From the IMG/VR virus record IMGVR_UViG_3300047172_000080, positions 15,153 through 79,152 of that record: a stretch of 64,000 nt of DNA; one strand, 5' to 3'. The notes under the pieces were generated by a model, which saw nothing but the letters and a program-made list of their open reading frames with translations, was not told the DNA's origin and made no database searches. Both the position numbers and the translations under genes were made by a program. Below, one piece after another: positions 8,410-18,507 of this stretch (positions are counted from its first letter, which is position 1; every line of letters begins with the position of its first letter). The stretch is from a virus.

Positions 8410-8895
8410 TTAGGCACCAGCCGTAGCTTCAACCGGAGGCTGTTCCTGGCGGTTGGGGCGATTCATCGGAACACGGAGTTCCTTGCCCAACGGAGCGTGC
8501 GGGGTTTCGTTGGTTTTACTGGGAATCACCGAATCCTCGTGGACCTGCTGAATTTGTCCACGGAGTTCCTGATTCTTTTCAGCCAACTCTTCCGCCGCAG
8601 AGGCGATCTTCCCGGCTTCCCGTTTGATCACTTCTTCCGAACGCTGAATTTGAACCTCAGGTTGGACCGTCATGGACGGCTTCCTGAAGTTGCTCAGCAC
8701 GGCGGCGAACTTCTGTTTCATGGTGAACATGGCCTGTTTCGCGGTATGAACCACGACAGCCCCATAGTATTGGAACCCAAGGGTTCCCGCGACACCGATT
8801 CCAACACATCCTGCCGCCGCAAGACAAGCAACCGGCTTGCTCATGACGACATTGCGATTGGTTCCGATCTCAACGTTGATTGTAGGAGTGTCCAT
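8410..8895 (-). CDS. GC-rich membrane-anchored coiled-coil protein (likely recent acquisition)
   Basis: TM-like VACLAAAGCVGIGVAGTLG followed by a coiled coil; visibly higher GC than the flanks. Confidence 0.65.
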   Translation of the reverse strand: MDTPTINVEIGTNRNVVMSKPVACLAAAGCVGIGVAGTLGFQYYGAVVVHTAKQAMFTMKQKFAAVLSNFRKPSMTVQPEVQIQRSEEVIKREAGKIASAAEELAEKNQELRGQIQQVHEDSVIPSKTNETPHAPLGKELRVPMNRPNRQEQPPVEATAGA

Positions 8896-8969
8896 AGTTT
8901 TCTTTCTTTTCTTTCTGGTTTATTTGTTAGTTATAACAAGCCCACATTTTAAGTGAACTTTCGTTAAAT

Positions 8970-9018
8970 TATTATACCAGTTATAACCCTTAATTTTGTA
9001 CGGGGGTAGGGGAGGGGG
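8970..9018 (-). promoter_or_regulatory. CCCC-N23-TGGTATAATA promoter, copy 2
   Basis: tattatacca at 8970-8979 and gggg at 9003-9006 on +. Confidence 0.75.
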
Positions 9019-9020
9019 CT

Positions 9021-9045
9021 AAAAAAGAGGAATGGAACCTCTTTT
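9021..9045 (-). terminator. intrinsic terminator
   Basis: aaaagagg/cctctttt stem followed by a T-run on the minus strand. Confidence 0.6.
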
Positions 9046-9048
9046 AAA

Positions 9049-9345
9049 CTATCCTCCTTCGTTTTGCAGCCCTTTATTATACTGTGCCAATTTCTGAGCA
9101 TAGTAATTATAAGCTATACCTTCACATTGAATACGAATCTCCGAACAAGGAGTTTCAACATGGTGTTGTGTGTAACATAAAGGGCATTTTGGAGGCTTAG
9201 GACAATACCTCTCGATAGCCTCCTGTAGCATATTAATAGCTCCTGCTACTTCATCAGGAAGAGGGCCGTCTTTCCAACTATCTGACCCTGTTACTAATGT
9301 AGCATCATAAAGCTTATCAATATACTCACCTTTAGTATTATTCAT
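9049..9345 (-). CDS. hypothetical protein with Cys/His cluster
   Basis: CPLC...HH...C; has its own promoter and terminator. Confidence 0.6.
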   Translation of the reverse strand: MNNTKGEYIDKLYDATLVTGSDSWKDGPLPDEVAGAINMLQEAIERYCPKPPKCPLCYTQHHVETPCSEIRIQCEGIAYNYYAQKLAQYNKGLQNEGG

Positions 9346-9389
9346 TAATAACCTTTTTTAAAGCAATACGTAATTGTATTACCTTTAAT

Positions 9390-9431
9390 TATTATACCAA
9401 TTTATAGGTATATTTAACCCAAGGGGAGGGG
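9390..9431 (-). promoter_or_regulatory. CCCC-N23-TGGTATAATA promoter, copy 3
   Basis: tattatacca at 9390-9399 and gggg at 9423-9426 on +. Confidence 0.75.
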
Positions 9432-9433
9432 TG

Positions 9434-10306
9434 TTAGTTGGGAGCTAGTTGAAGGGTATGGCAGAGATCACTACTCTGCAGAGTCAAACCTATAAACAAC
9501 GAATGGGTGTTAGCTGGTTCTGTTCCATTAATACCATCATAGAAGTTTTCAGGAAGTCCTGTCGTAACATTACTAATAGCTGTTCCAAAAATTAAGTTAA
9601 TATTCAATCCAGGAGCAATATTAAAATTACCATTGCTATCAGGAGGCACTCCATTAATAAACGAGATAATATCAGGACAATCGCATAAAGCAGGATTTAT
9701 AAAATTATCCTCACAAGTTAATGGAATACCAAAACTATCTCCTGCTTGAAAATTAATAAGATTGTTAATTGTATCAAAACTAATATCAAAGTTATAACCT
9801 TCAAAAAAAGTAATAGCTCCTGTAAGGTTAATAGTAGATTGAGAAACTAGGGGTAATAATGCTGAATAACTATAAAGACCACCACTTTCGTAACTTGGAG
9901 TAATAGCTAATTCATTAACTCCAATCCAATCATTATAAAATTCAAATACTAAAGAAGGTTCAACTATAAGGTTAGCAAAAGTATTAATCGCCGCAGGAAT
10001 TGCGGAGATTAGGTCGGTATTCACCGCAAGAGCACTATGGTTAGCTCCTTTAATATACTGAATACCTGTTAAAGAGGTACTGAAGGTAAAACTGACACTA
10101 TTGGTAAAATTAAAAATTATTGTACCACTAACTGAATTATCAATTGATAACAGTTTATAACTTCCTGAATAAGCTGAATTATTAACAATTAATAAATCCA
10201 AAATAAGTCCATTATCCAAAACATAAGATGTGTTAGCTGTTTTAGGACAATTTAAAATAAAAGGGTAAGCCCTTAAAGCATTTTCATTAAGCCATTCAAG
10301 AGTCAT
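9434..10306 (-). CDS. tail fibre/baseplate-periphery paralogue 5
   Basis: N-terminal LEWLNENALRAYPF and INGVPPDSNGN motifs shared with neighbours. Confidence 0.55.
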   Translation of the reverse strand: MTLEWLNENALRAYPFILNCPKTANTSYVLDNGLILDLLIVNNSAYSGSYKLLSIDNSVSGTIIFNFTNSVSFTFSTSLTGIQYIKGANHSALAVNTDLISAIPAAINTFANLIVEPSLVFEFYNDWIGVNELAITPSYESGGLYSYSALLPLVSQSTINLTGAITFFEGYNFDISFDTINNLINFQAGDSFGIPLTCEDNFINPALCDCPDIISFINGVPPDSNGNFNIAPGLNINLIFGTAISNVTTGLPENFYDGINGTEPANTHSLFIGLTLQSSDLCHTLQLAPN

Positions 10307-10307
10307 A

Positions 10308-11012
10308 TTAGAAATTATTAGTGTTCACGATTTTTGTAAGATTAGACCCAGGTTGAGAACCTACGAGTGAAACATTTAATGATCCTATTCCATCCCCATT
10401 GATTTGAATAACTTGATCACTTGATATAAAGATATTGTTATTAGTAGGAGAAATGAGATTCAATAATTTCAAGGCTGGAGAAAGTAAAGGGTAAGGCAAC
10501 TTAAAATTACCTACAGCATTAAAAGTTAAACCGTTTGAACCTATTGTATTATAAAATATAGTATTATCCGAAGAAGGTGTAGTTAAAACAACATTTCCAA
10601 ATAAACCAGCTAAAGAAAATACTCCTGAATTTAAGCTTATTGATTTTACTGTTGTGGCTACGAATGAAAGATTAAATTGTAACACTTGACCAACAAAGGT
10701 ATTCCACAAGGTATTTACACCGTCTTGAAAAGTTAATTTTCCAATATATCTTGTACCTACCATTAATCGTAAAAAGTTAGTACCTGCCACATAATCACTT
10801 TGTAAGAATATGAAATTAGTAGTACCTGTATCATAGGTAATATTTAAAGTTAAGAAATCAGTAGATACTTCTATATAATTTAGAACAGGTATGAAATTAT
10901 CAAACTGTTGAAAATTAGCATCTACAATAATATTGTTGTAAGGTGCATCCTCTGTAAAAGGATAAGCACTTACAGCGTTCTGATTTTCCCAATCTAAATC
11001 AAAGATACTCAT
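10308..11012 (-). CDS. tail fibre/baseplate-periphery paralogue 4
   Basis: N-terminal LDWENQNAVSAYPF. Confidence 0.55.
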   Translation of the reverse strand: MSIFDLDWENQNAVSAYPFTEDAPYNNIIVDANFQQFDNFIPVLNYIEVSTDFLTLNITYDTGTTNFIFLQSDYVAGTNFLRLMVGTRYIGKLTFQDGVNTLWNTFVGQVLQFNLSFVATTVKSISLNSGVFSLAGLFGNVVLTTPSSDNTIFYNTIGSNGLTFNAVGNFKLPYPLLSPALKLLNLISPTNNNIFISSDQVIQINGDGIGSLNVSLVGSQPGSNLTKIVNTNNF

Positions 11013-12310
11013 TAAAATGTTTGTGTATAAAATACAACCAATTGTAAACTAGCTGGAGTTCCTGTAACACCTGAAATTGCTAATTGAATATTACTTGTAT
11101 TTGTAAATGCATTAGCTCCTGTCGCTAATGCAACTAAACTATTAGCAGTATAGATATTACCTCCTGACGTAAATGATCCTGTGTTGGCTACAACTAAACT
11201 TGTTAAGCCTGTAACATTTACAGAATCTATTTTTACAGTGAATGTAGCTGATCCTGTATCGATCAAAGCATAAATTTTACTAATTACCCCATTTATACCT
11301 GCTGGATTAATAATTGTATAAGAACCTGTAGTTGGGGAGGCTTGTGTAAGTGTAAAAATAGTTACATAAGGCCATGATAAATATTCAGGATTTGTCTCAA
11401 ATAAGAAATTAACTACTGGAGTTTGAGATTTTGAATAATATTCCTCTTCCCCAATAAAATCCGAATTTCTATTTACTAAGTAATTTGGATCAACAGGAGC
11501 TAACGAAGTTTGATTGAGGGTACAAAACGAACTTAAATCCAAATCTATGGTAGTAGCATTAATGGAGCTATTTACTGAATCGCCATAAAAAATAACAGGA
11601 TCTATACCAAACAAATAAATATTTGCATCATCGGCGTAATCATCAATTGGGTAAGGTACTACTTCTTTATTAATGGTTAAAATTTCAGGAGTCGGACAAT
11701 TTCTAAACTGTGAATTTAAGTCGGCTATACTCAGAATGTCAGAATTATCTATAACAGCTAACTCACAACTGTTACCTACATTTGTTTCAATTAAATTTGT
11801 AAGTGCCCCAAAATTGATATTACCTGTTAAAGTTTGTTCTCTGTAATTTAAATTTTTAACTCCTGGAGGATTAAATACTACATAAGTTGAAATTTCTAAA
11901 CCTGATTGATTAGGCAGACTAAAATCTAATATTCCATTTGTAGATAAAATTACATCTGCTTGCCCCGATATTAAAAAACCTGAAGAGTAACCATCTACGT
12001 TTGTTAAATTAAGAACTTGAAAATCAGAGGTAATAACAGCACTAAAAAATCCAATCGGTATAGTTAAATTAAACGAGGAATGTTTATGTAAAACAGCTAC
12101 ACTAACTGTTAAGATATTATTACTAAGAGAAACCTGAGAAATGAAAGGTTGGTAATCTAACACGTTGCTAAAAGCTGGAATAGATAAAGAAATAGCCGCT
12201 ATTACGTAATTATTAAGTAGTAATCCATTATTACTTAACTTTGTAGCTCCTTGTTGAATAGGATAACTTCTTTCAATATTCTTATTAAGAAAATCTAAAT
12301 CATTAATCAT
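11012..12310 (-). CDS. tail fibre/baseplate-periphery paralogue 3
   Basis: N-terminal LDFLNKNIERSYPI. Confidence 0.55.
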   Translation of the reverse strand: MINDLDFLNKNIERSYPIQQGATKLSNNGLLLNNYVIAAISLSIPAFSNVLDYQPFISQVSLSNNILTVSVAVLHKHSSFNLTIPIGFFSAVITSDFQVLNLTNVDGYSSGFLISGQADVILSTNGILDFSLPNQSGLEISTYVVFNPPGVKNLNYREQTLTGNINFGALTNLIETNVGNSCELAVIDNSDILSIADLNSQFRNCPTPEILTINKEVVPYPIDDYADDANIYLFGIDPVIFYGDSVNSSINATTIDLDLSSFCTLNQTSLAPVDPNYLVNRNSDFIGEEEYYSKSQTPVVNFLFETNPEYLSWPYVTIFTLTQASPTTGSYTIINPAGINGVISKIYALIDTGSATFTVKIDSVNVTGLTSLVVANTGSFTSGGNIYTANSLVALATGANAFTNTSNIQLAISGVTGTPASLQLVVFYTQTF

Positions 12311-12312
12311 GG

Positions 12313-15012
12313 CTAATAAAGAGTTATAGTAAGTGGATAAGAAGGACTTGTTCCTGTTCCATTAGTAGCAGTAAGATTAACACTTGTCGATCCTGGCGAA
12401 CCACTTGGAGTACCAGATATAACGGCACCCGAAAGAGATAATCCTGTAGGTAATGATCCACTGACGGCATAACTGGTGGGGGAATTTGAAGCTGTGATAG
12501 TGTAAGAGAAAGAAACACCAATATTTCCTACAGCTGTTGAAGCACTGGTAACAACAGGTGGAGAGTTACTTATATAGATAGTAAGAGTTAGCGTACCTGT
12601 GCCTGTTCCATTCGTAGCTCCAACTACAACAGTATATGGAGAACCTGAATATGCTGTAGGAATACCTCTAATTAAGCCAGTACTAGTATTTAAAGATACA
12701 CCAGGAGGAAAACTACCAGATACTAAAGAAAAAGAAGTTGGTGTAAGAGTAGCGGTAATTTGATATGCAAAAGCGTTTCCTAATGAACCTGAAGCAGTAG
12801 AAGCACTGGTAACAACAGGAGCATTTAAAGATACTGTTATATTGAATAAACCATGACCACTAGAGGCTGTGCTTGTACCAGCTATATTACTAGCTGTAGA
12901 ACTCACTGTAAATGTACCTGTTTCGTTAGTCGTTCCATAAATAATACCACGAGCAGAATCAAAATCCAAAGCAGTAGGATAGCCACTAGCTGTATAAGAT
13001 GTAGGAAAACCTGTTGATACTAATTGATAAAAGAAAGGAAGTCCATAATCAGCAGTTTGATTAGTTGTAGTTAATACAGGTATGGCTACAACTTGTAAAT
13101 AAAGTGTAAATGGAGTGGAGATTCCTTCAGAATTAGAAACTAGCATTTCAATGCTATAAGTTCTATCCATTGTATCAGTTGACGTACCTAAGATATTATT
13201 TATCATGGAACCAATTGTAGAATTAGTAGTAGCCCACAATGGTAAAGTGGAAGATACAAAAGTGACAGTGGTAGGAGAACCTGTTCCTGTAACTTTATAA
13301 GTAAAAGCACTTCCAGCTGCAATTGTAAGAGAATCAGAAGAAGTAATAGTAGGAGGGCAATTAGCACTTGTTAGGCTAATAGTTTCGTCAATTAAGCTAA
13401 TTGAGGGATTGTCTGTATCATCTCCTATTGCTACCACTTCTAATGTATAACCGGCCCCACATGGAGCGAAATACGTATTTTCATAAGTAGCATACGTTTT
13501 ACAAGTTAATGTACCTGAGTTAACCCCAAAAGTAATATTGTTATCATATCTTATTTTTTCTGTGCCTGGAATTACAGTCAACCCACTAGAAGGAGTTAAT
13601 GTTATTGCATAAGTAACTGTAAGTGTACTAGGATTTTCTATAACACAAACAATAGATAAAAACGTACCATAATTTCCGAACTCATCCTGTCCTTCTGAAG
13701 TAGAGTAGATTAATTCTCCATTTGGTATATTAATTGTAGGAGCGATATTTGTGTTATAATCAATGATAGCTTCATTCAATTCTTCAAATACACCCCAATC
13801 GCTAACTGTAAAATTTGAACCTGTTAAAGATATTGAAGGAAGGGAAGAAAGAGTTATCGTAGTAGAATTTGTAACTGCAATAATTTGAAAAGAATAGGTT
13901 AACAAAGTAGAAGCATCTGTAAAAGTAATAGTCTTACCTTCATGAAAATACTTAATAAATCCTGCCGCAGAAGGATAAACCTCAGAGCCTGAATAAGTGG
14001 AAGTAAAACTAGTAGCGGTAAATGTAGTAGTACTTGTAGATAAATTACCTACACCTGTAGTCTGGTAATTAGAATCCGCATATAAAAATAATTCCTGTAA
14101 TCCATTAAATACACGATTTAAATATTTTGCAAAAGCATTCAAATTTTCAACAGGACATTTAGGAGTACAATTATTAGTAATTAAAAAACTATGACCAATT
14201 TGTAAAGCATCAAAAGTATCAGGAGTTTGATAAGGGATAGAAAATGGATCATAATTACTTAATTCGGAACCATATATTATTAAATCACTTGCATTCAATA
14301 AAGACATTGAATAACAAGGACTTGGCACTAAATATAGATTTCCATACTGATTAGGAGATATACCGTTGATAGTATATACAAATTCCGTTGGAAATAAGTC
14401 CGTACAAGGATCAAATAACCCTGTTCCTAATCTCGCTCCTACGTCTATAACCAGATTGTTATCATCATTATTTCCTATAGTATTAGCATCAAAACGCATA
14501 GCTACATTAGGATTACCATCATTATAAACTTCTACATATTCATCAGGATAATTATTAGAGAAAATTAAATTTACAACTCTAGGCATTGGTTGAATAACCG
14601 CAGAATTTACCAATGCTGATTCATTATAAGCATAATCTTGATTAAACGAACTTGTTAATAAAGGTAAAAAACCAGGACCGAACACCATCTTTACACTGGA
14701 AACATCGGTAGATGTTGATAAGTATGGAGGATTTCCTGGAACTGTGTTGTCTACTATATCTGAAATAAAGAAAGCTACACTAAGAGCTGTACCCAAAGAA
14801 GGTGTAGAAAATAAAAACTGAGCTGTTCCAGCTATAGTATCGACGGTAATATTAGATATAAAAACATCCTGAATCAAAGGATGGTAGGAATAAAAAATAA
14901 TATCTCCAAACCAATTAGGTTGAATAGGTAAAGTAACGTTATCAACATTACTTTCTTTAAATGGATAACGGTTAAGTAGATTATTATTGTAGTAATCTAG
15001 AAAATTAGGCAT
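12313..15012 (-). CDS. tail fibre/adhesin paralogue 2 with C-terminal tandem putative-Ig (He_PIG-like) domains
   Basis: N-terminal LDYYNNNLLNRYPF; about four repeats of the type PVVTSASTA.G..G..F.Y.ITA...PTS......LP.GLSL...G.I.G.P. Confidence 0.7.
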   Translation of the reverse strand: MPNFLDYYNNNLLNRYPFKESNVDNVTLPIQPNWFGDIIFYSYHPLIQDVFISNITVDTIAGTAQFLFSTPSLGTALSVAFFISDIVDNTVPGNPPYLSTSTDVSSVKMVFGPGFLPLLTSSFNQDYAYNESALVNSAVIQPMPRVVNLIFSNNYPDEYVEVYNDGNPNVAMRFDANTIGNNDDNNLVIDVGARLGTGLFDPCTDLFPTEFVYTINGISPNQYGNLYLVPSPCYSMSLLNASDLIIYGSELSNYDPFSIPYQTPDTFDALQIGHSFLITNNCTPKCPVENLNAFAKYLNRVFNGLQELFLYADSNYQTTGVGNLSTSTTTFTATSFTSTYSGSEVYPSAAGFIKYFHEGKTITFTDASTLLTYSFQIIAVTNSTTITLSSLPSISLTGSNFTVSDWGVFEELNEAIIDYNTNIAPTINIPNGELIYSTSEGQDEFGNYGTFLSIVCVIENPSTLTVTYAITLTPSSGLTVIPGTEKIRYDNNITFGVNSGTLTCKTYATYENTYFAPCGAGYTLEVVAIGDDTDNPSISLIDETISLTSANCPPTITSSDSLTIAAGSAFTYKVTGTGSPTTVTFVSSTLPLWATTNSTIGSMINNILGTSTDTMDRTYSIEMLVSNSEGISTPFTLYLQVVAIPVLTTTNQTADYGLPFFYQLVSTGFPTSYTASGYPTALDFDSARGIIYGTTNETGTFTVSSTASNIAGTSTASSGHGLFNITVSLNAPVVTSASTASGSLGNAFAYQITATLTPTSFSLVSGSFPPGVSLNTSTGLIRGIPTAYSGSPYTVVVGATNGTGTGTLTLTIYISNSPPVVTSASTAVGNIGVSFSYTITASNSPTSYAVSGSLPTGLSLSGAVISGTPSGSPGSTSVNLTATNGTGTSPSYPLTITLY

Positions 15013-15031
15013 CTGACACCTACTTTACCTG

Positions 15032-15928
15032 TTAAGTTGGACAGGCACAACTACTATTAGCAATATTAGTAAATGCTGTAAGTTCTGTATTTAATTGATT
15101 TAAAAATGTCTTCAAATCATTACAACTTAGTTCTAACTGATTTACCCTTTGAGTTAACGAAGATAAGTCATCACAACCTGAACAAGGAGTACAGCAGCTA
15201 TCTTCTAACTGTAATGTATATTGTGTATCTGTATTAATATTACTACAACCTAAACCAATAAATGAAATATTACCCGTTAATGGATCGGGTTGCACACCGT
15301 TAATAGATTGAACAGGTACTAATGTAGTACATGAACTATTTAATCCTAACCCATCTCCTGCATCCAGGATTAATAAATTATTAACTGAATCATAACTATA
15401 TCGAAGATTATTTCTAGCTACAACATTTACACTTCCTGTAAGTGTCTGTGTATTACCCTTTGAATCAAGAAATGTAATTTGGTCTACACCTGTTGTTGAT
15501 ACATTTATAACTCTAGGTAGAAATTCAGTAGCATTAATTGAAAATAAAAATATACCTGATGTTAACGTTTGAATTGTATTTAATGAACCTATAGTGATTC
15601 TACCTGTCGAGCTTTGGTAATCTCCAGGAACAGTTTGAAGTAAGTAATCACTATAATTGGAAAAATTTGTAACAGGGATAGTAAATGATCCTACTATTAG
15701 GTTATTACTATCAGAAATAGTAATTTCAAAATAAGAAATAGTACTCTCTATTTGAGAAATATAACAACTGATAGAAGGATCGGATGAAATACTTAATTGA
15801 ATATCTACAATGAAATCATTGGGAATAGTAAATACCCCACTATTATCAATTAGAGTTAAATCATCTCTAATTGGGTAATTTCTAAGAGAGTTTAAATTCT
15901 CCCATTGTAATGAATCAATGAATGGCAT
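15032..15928 (-). CDS. tail fibre/baseplate-periphery paralogue 1
   Basis: LQWENLNSLRNYPI; SINGVQPDPLTGN; CCTPCSGC followed by a coiled coil. Confidence 0.55.
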   Translation of the reverse strand: MPFIDSLQWENLNSLRNYPIRDDLTLIDNSGVFTIPNDFIVDIQLSISSDPSISCYISQIESTISYFEITISDSNNLIVGSFTIPVTNFSNYSDYLLQTVPGDYQSSTGRITIGSLNTIQTLTSGIFLFSINATEFLPRVINVSTTGVDQITFLDSKGNTQTLTGSVNVVARNNLRYSYDSVNNLLILDAGDGLGLNSSCTTLVPVQSINGVQPDPLTGNISFIGLGCSNINTDTQYTLQLEDSCCTPCSGCDDLSSLTQRVNQLELSCNDLKTFLNQLNTELTAFTNIANSSCACPT

Positions 15929-15938
15929 AACAAAAAGC

Positions 15939-17903
15939 CTAAATTAACGACCAATAAATATCTAATATGCCAATATCATAATTATAAGGATTTGTAGGAG
16001 CAGTACTTTGTAATAGTTTAAAATTAATAATTGTATCTGGTCCTATACTTGCCCCAGGAATTACTAGTAATGTTGGCTGAACTGCTAAAGGACTCAAAGC
16101 TGTATAATTTGCAGGAAAGGTAATAATTGCAGGTGCTAAAGTTGTAGTAGTAAATGTGGTTGAATTACTTATAGGTGGTCCTCCAGCAGTGCTAATAGCA
16201 TATTGAAAAGAGAAACCGACATTCAAAGGTGTGCTCGTTGTATTAGTAAATCCAAAAACGTGAAGAACTAACTTTAATGACATATTTACGGGAAAAAGTT
16301 TAGGTAGTAAGATTTTACCAATTATTCCTGCTGGAGAAGGACTAGAATATTTTAAACGTATATAAGAATTTAGACCTAAAAATTCCAACGTAGAATTTAC
16401 AGGGTCCAAGGAATCTAACGCTCCTACACTTCCTTGACCATTTTGTGTAATAACATAATTTCCATTAGTATCGTTTGTTAACGACAAACCTGAATTAGTT
16501 GGAGTTGTTAATGTAGAAACTATAGGGGCAGTTGTTAAAGTTAATTTACCAGTCGCTTGACTAAAAGTAAGATTGACTATAGCGGTAGGATTAGCTGTAC
16601 TGTCAACAGGAGTATCAAAATTAGTTGTAGTCTGTACAACAATATTTCCAGTACTGGCTGGTAATGAGAGATTATCCGCGTTAAGAAACTTAATCATATT
16701 AACTGTCCCATCATCATAGGCAGTTAAGCTAGAAACAATAACATCCTTTAAATTAGGATTAAACTTTGTAATCAATAATTGTATAATAGGGCGCTCTATA
16801 TCAGAACTAACCACTGTAGGCCACATTGCAGGTGTCCATGAGCCACTTGCCAAATCTTCAGCCCAAGGCTGCGTAGGAGCGGTATTGGAATACCACCATA
16901 ATCCATACTGATCAATTGAATAAATACCATTCTTTCCATTAACATCAGTTGAATTAACTTGAATCTGACTTACACCATTTGTAGTTAAAATAGATTGAGC
17001 TGCTGGATCAGGAGGTAATAAATTTAGTAATAAAGTAGCTTGCTGCTTTTCAAAAGTTGATAAACTACCCGCTCCAGAGTTATCTGCGTTATCGGTAGTA
17101 AATACGTTAGGAATGTTATAAAAAAATGTAGCTCCTGAGGGAATAGTATATGATGTTGGTAAAACAGAAACAGGGACCCACCCTAATCTAGTTAAATCTG
17201 GAGATGTAATAGTCCATACACCACCTGTATTAACAGGTGTACCAGCTGGACGGTCTAAAACCTGAAGTTGAACTGAATAAAACAAAGCTGAAAACTGATC
17301 AACTTGAGGATTAAGAATAATTGTACTATCATCTATAGCGTAACCTATATAAACACTTAAACCAGAAGGAGTACCAGTCAATAAACCAGGAGTCTTAGAA
17401 CTTAAAAATAAAGGACCAGGACTGAAAGTTTCTCTAACTCCTGTGCTGGAAATATCTAGTAAACCGTTAACTGGATCATCTAATGGAGAAGTTAAACTTA
17501 ATAAACCTTCCATATACACATCAGCTGAAGTATTTGAAATATTTTGAGTAATCCCAAAACCGTAAGAAGATATATTAGGGCTATAAAAAGCAGTAGATAA
17601 AGAATTACCAAATTCGGAAAGTGCTCTCTTTATTCCTTTTTCACCTGTAATTAAATTGTTGTAATAATATACACACCATTGAGTTCCAGGAGTCATTACA
17701 CCAGCTGTAATTTCAGAGGAACTTAAAGGAAGACCAGGAGCTACTAAAACAGACTTATTTTGCAACTCTTGCAAAGTATTGTACAAATACTGATCATTCT
17801 GAGAAAGTTGGTCAAATACTGGATTAACAGACTGTGCTGAGACATCTTCTCCATTATTAAGAACAGTAACCTGAGATATCCAAGGAACGTTAGCATTGCT
17901 CAT
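15939..17903 (-). CDS. putative tail fibre/baseplate structural protein
   Basis: N-terminal NGEDVSAQSVNPVFDQLSQNDQYL resembles fibre attachment segments; synteny. Confidence 0.5.
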   Translation of the reverse strand: MSNANVPWISQVTVLNNGEDVSAQSVNPVFDQLSQNDQYLYNTLQELQNKSVLVAPGLPLSSSEITAGVMTPGTQWCVYYYNNLITGEKGIKRALSEFGNSLSTAFYSPNISSYGFGITQNISNTSADVYMEGLLSLTSPLDDPVNGLLDISSTGVRETFSPGPLFLSSKTPGLLTGTPSGLSVYIGYAIDDSTIILNPQVDQFSALFYSVQLQVLDRPAGTPVNTGGVWTITSPDLTRLGWVPVSVLPTSYTIPSGATFFYNIPNVFTTDNADNSGAGSLSTFEKQQATLLLNLLPPDPAAQSILTTNGVSQIQVNSTDVNGKNGIYSIDQYGLWWYSNTAPTQPWAEDLASGSWTPAMWPTVVSSDIERPIIQLLITKFNPNLKDVIVSSLTAYDDGTVNMIKFLNADNLSLPASTGNIVVQTTTNFDTPVDSTANPTAIVNLTFSQATGKLTLTTAPIVSTLTTPTNSGLSLTNDTNGNYVITQNGQGSVGALDSLDPVNSTLEFLGLNSYIRLKYSSPSPAGIIGKILLPKLFPVNMSLKLVLHVFGFTNTTSTPLNVGFSFQYAISTAGGPPISNSTTFTTTTLAPAIITFPANYTALSPLAVQPTLLVIPGASIGPDTIINFKLLQSTAPTNPYNYDIGILDIYWSLI

Positions 17904-17906
17904 ATA

Positions 17907-18506
17907 TTAAGATAAAAATTGGATGCCCCATGTGAAGGTCAGGGCGTAATTATTATTCCAAGTAACAGGATTAAAGTTTACGCGACTAAACACTAAGTCT
18001 GTTGAGGCATTGGTAGGATTAGGTTGTGCTACTAATGCAATTTCGTAAATATTAGAAACTCCATTAGTAAAAGCTGCTCCTCCGAACGCAGTAGCTGATG
18101 AAATCTGTGTAGTATAGAAAGATGTATTATCTATATAACCAGCTCCACTAGGAGAATAAGAAGGAGCAAAGCTTAAAGCTTGCCTCAAATAACCAAAAGG
18201 CGGAGTAAAAGAACTAAATGGTACAGAGTAATTAACATCTATGACAGGAGGGGTAAAGCTAGAAGTATTATTATAACCTATATAGAAACCAGAAATATTA
18301 TACCCAGGTTTTCCTGATAAGGCATAACTCAACGCCTGTGCTCCCATATTCAGCACTAAATTTCTTTTATCGACCAAGAGTTCAGTAACACCAGTTTCTT
18401 TATGAGTTCTAAAGATCTTAACAAACCCTTGAATCATGTCGTTTAAATTACCTTTAATAAGACCATCAATAGCAAAATTATGATTATGGAGATAAGGTTC
18501 GTTCAT
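17907..18506 (-). CDS. putative baseplate/tail-collar protein
   Basis: NLVLNMG...EIAL...VFSR...LTFTWGIQF pattern typical of tail-collar/baseplate proteins. Confidence 0.55.
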   Translation of the reverse strand: MNEPYLHNHNFAIDGLIKGNLNDMIQGFVKIFRTHKETGVTELLVDKRNLVLNMGAQALSYALSGKPGYNISGFYIGYNNTSSFTPPVIDVNYSVPFSSFTPPFGYLRQALSFAPSYSPSGAGYIDNTSFYTTQISSATAFGGAAFTNGVSNIYEIALVAQPNPTNASTDLVFSRVNFNPVTWNNNYALTFTWGIQFLS

Positions 18507-18507
18507 G

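Noticed and set aside
8497-8952. 151-aa + strand ORF
   Set aside because: Shadow of the GC-rich minus-strand gene, which has the promoter and terminator
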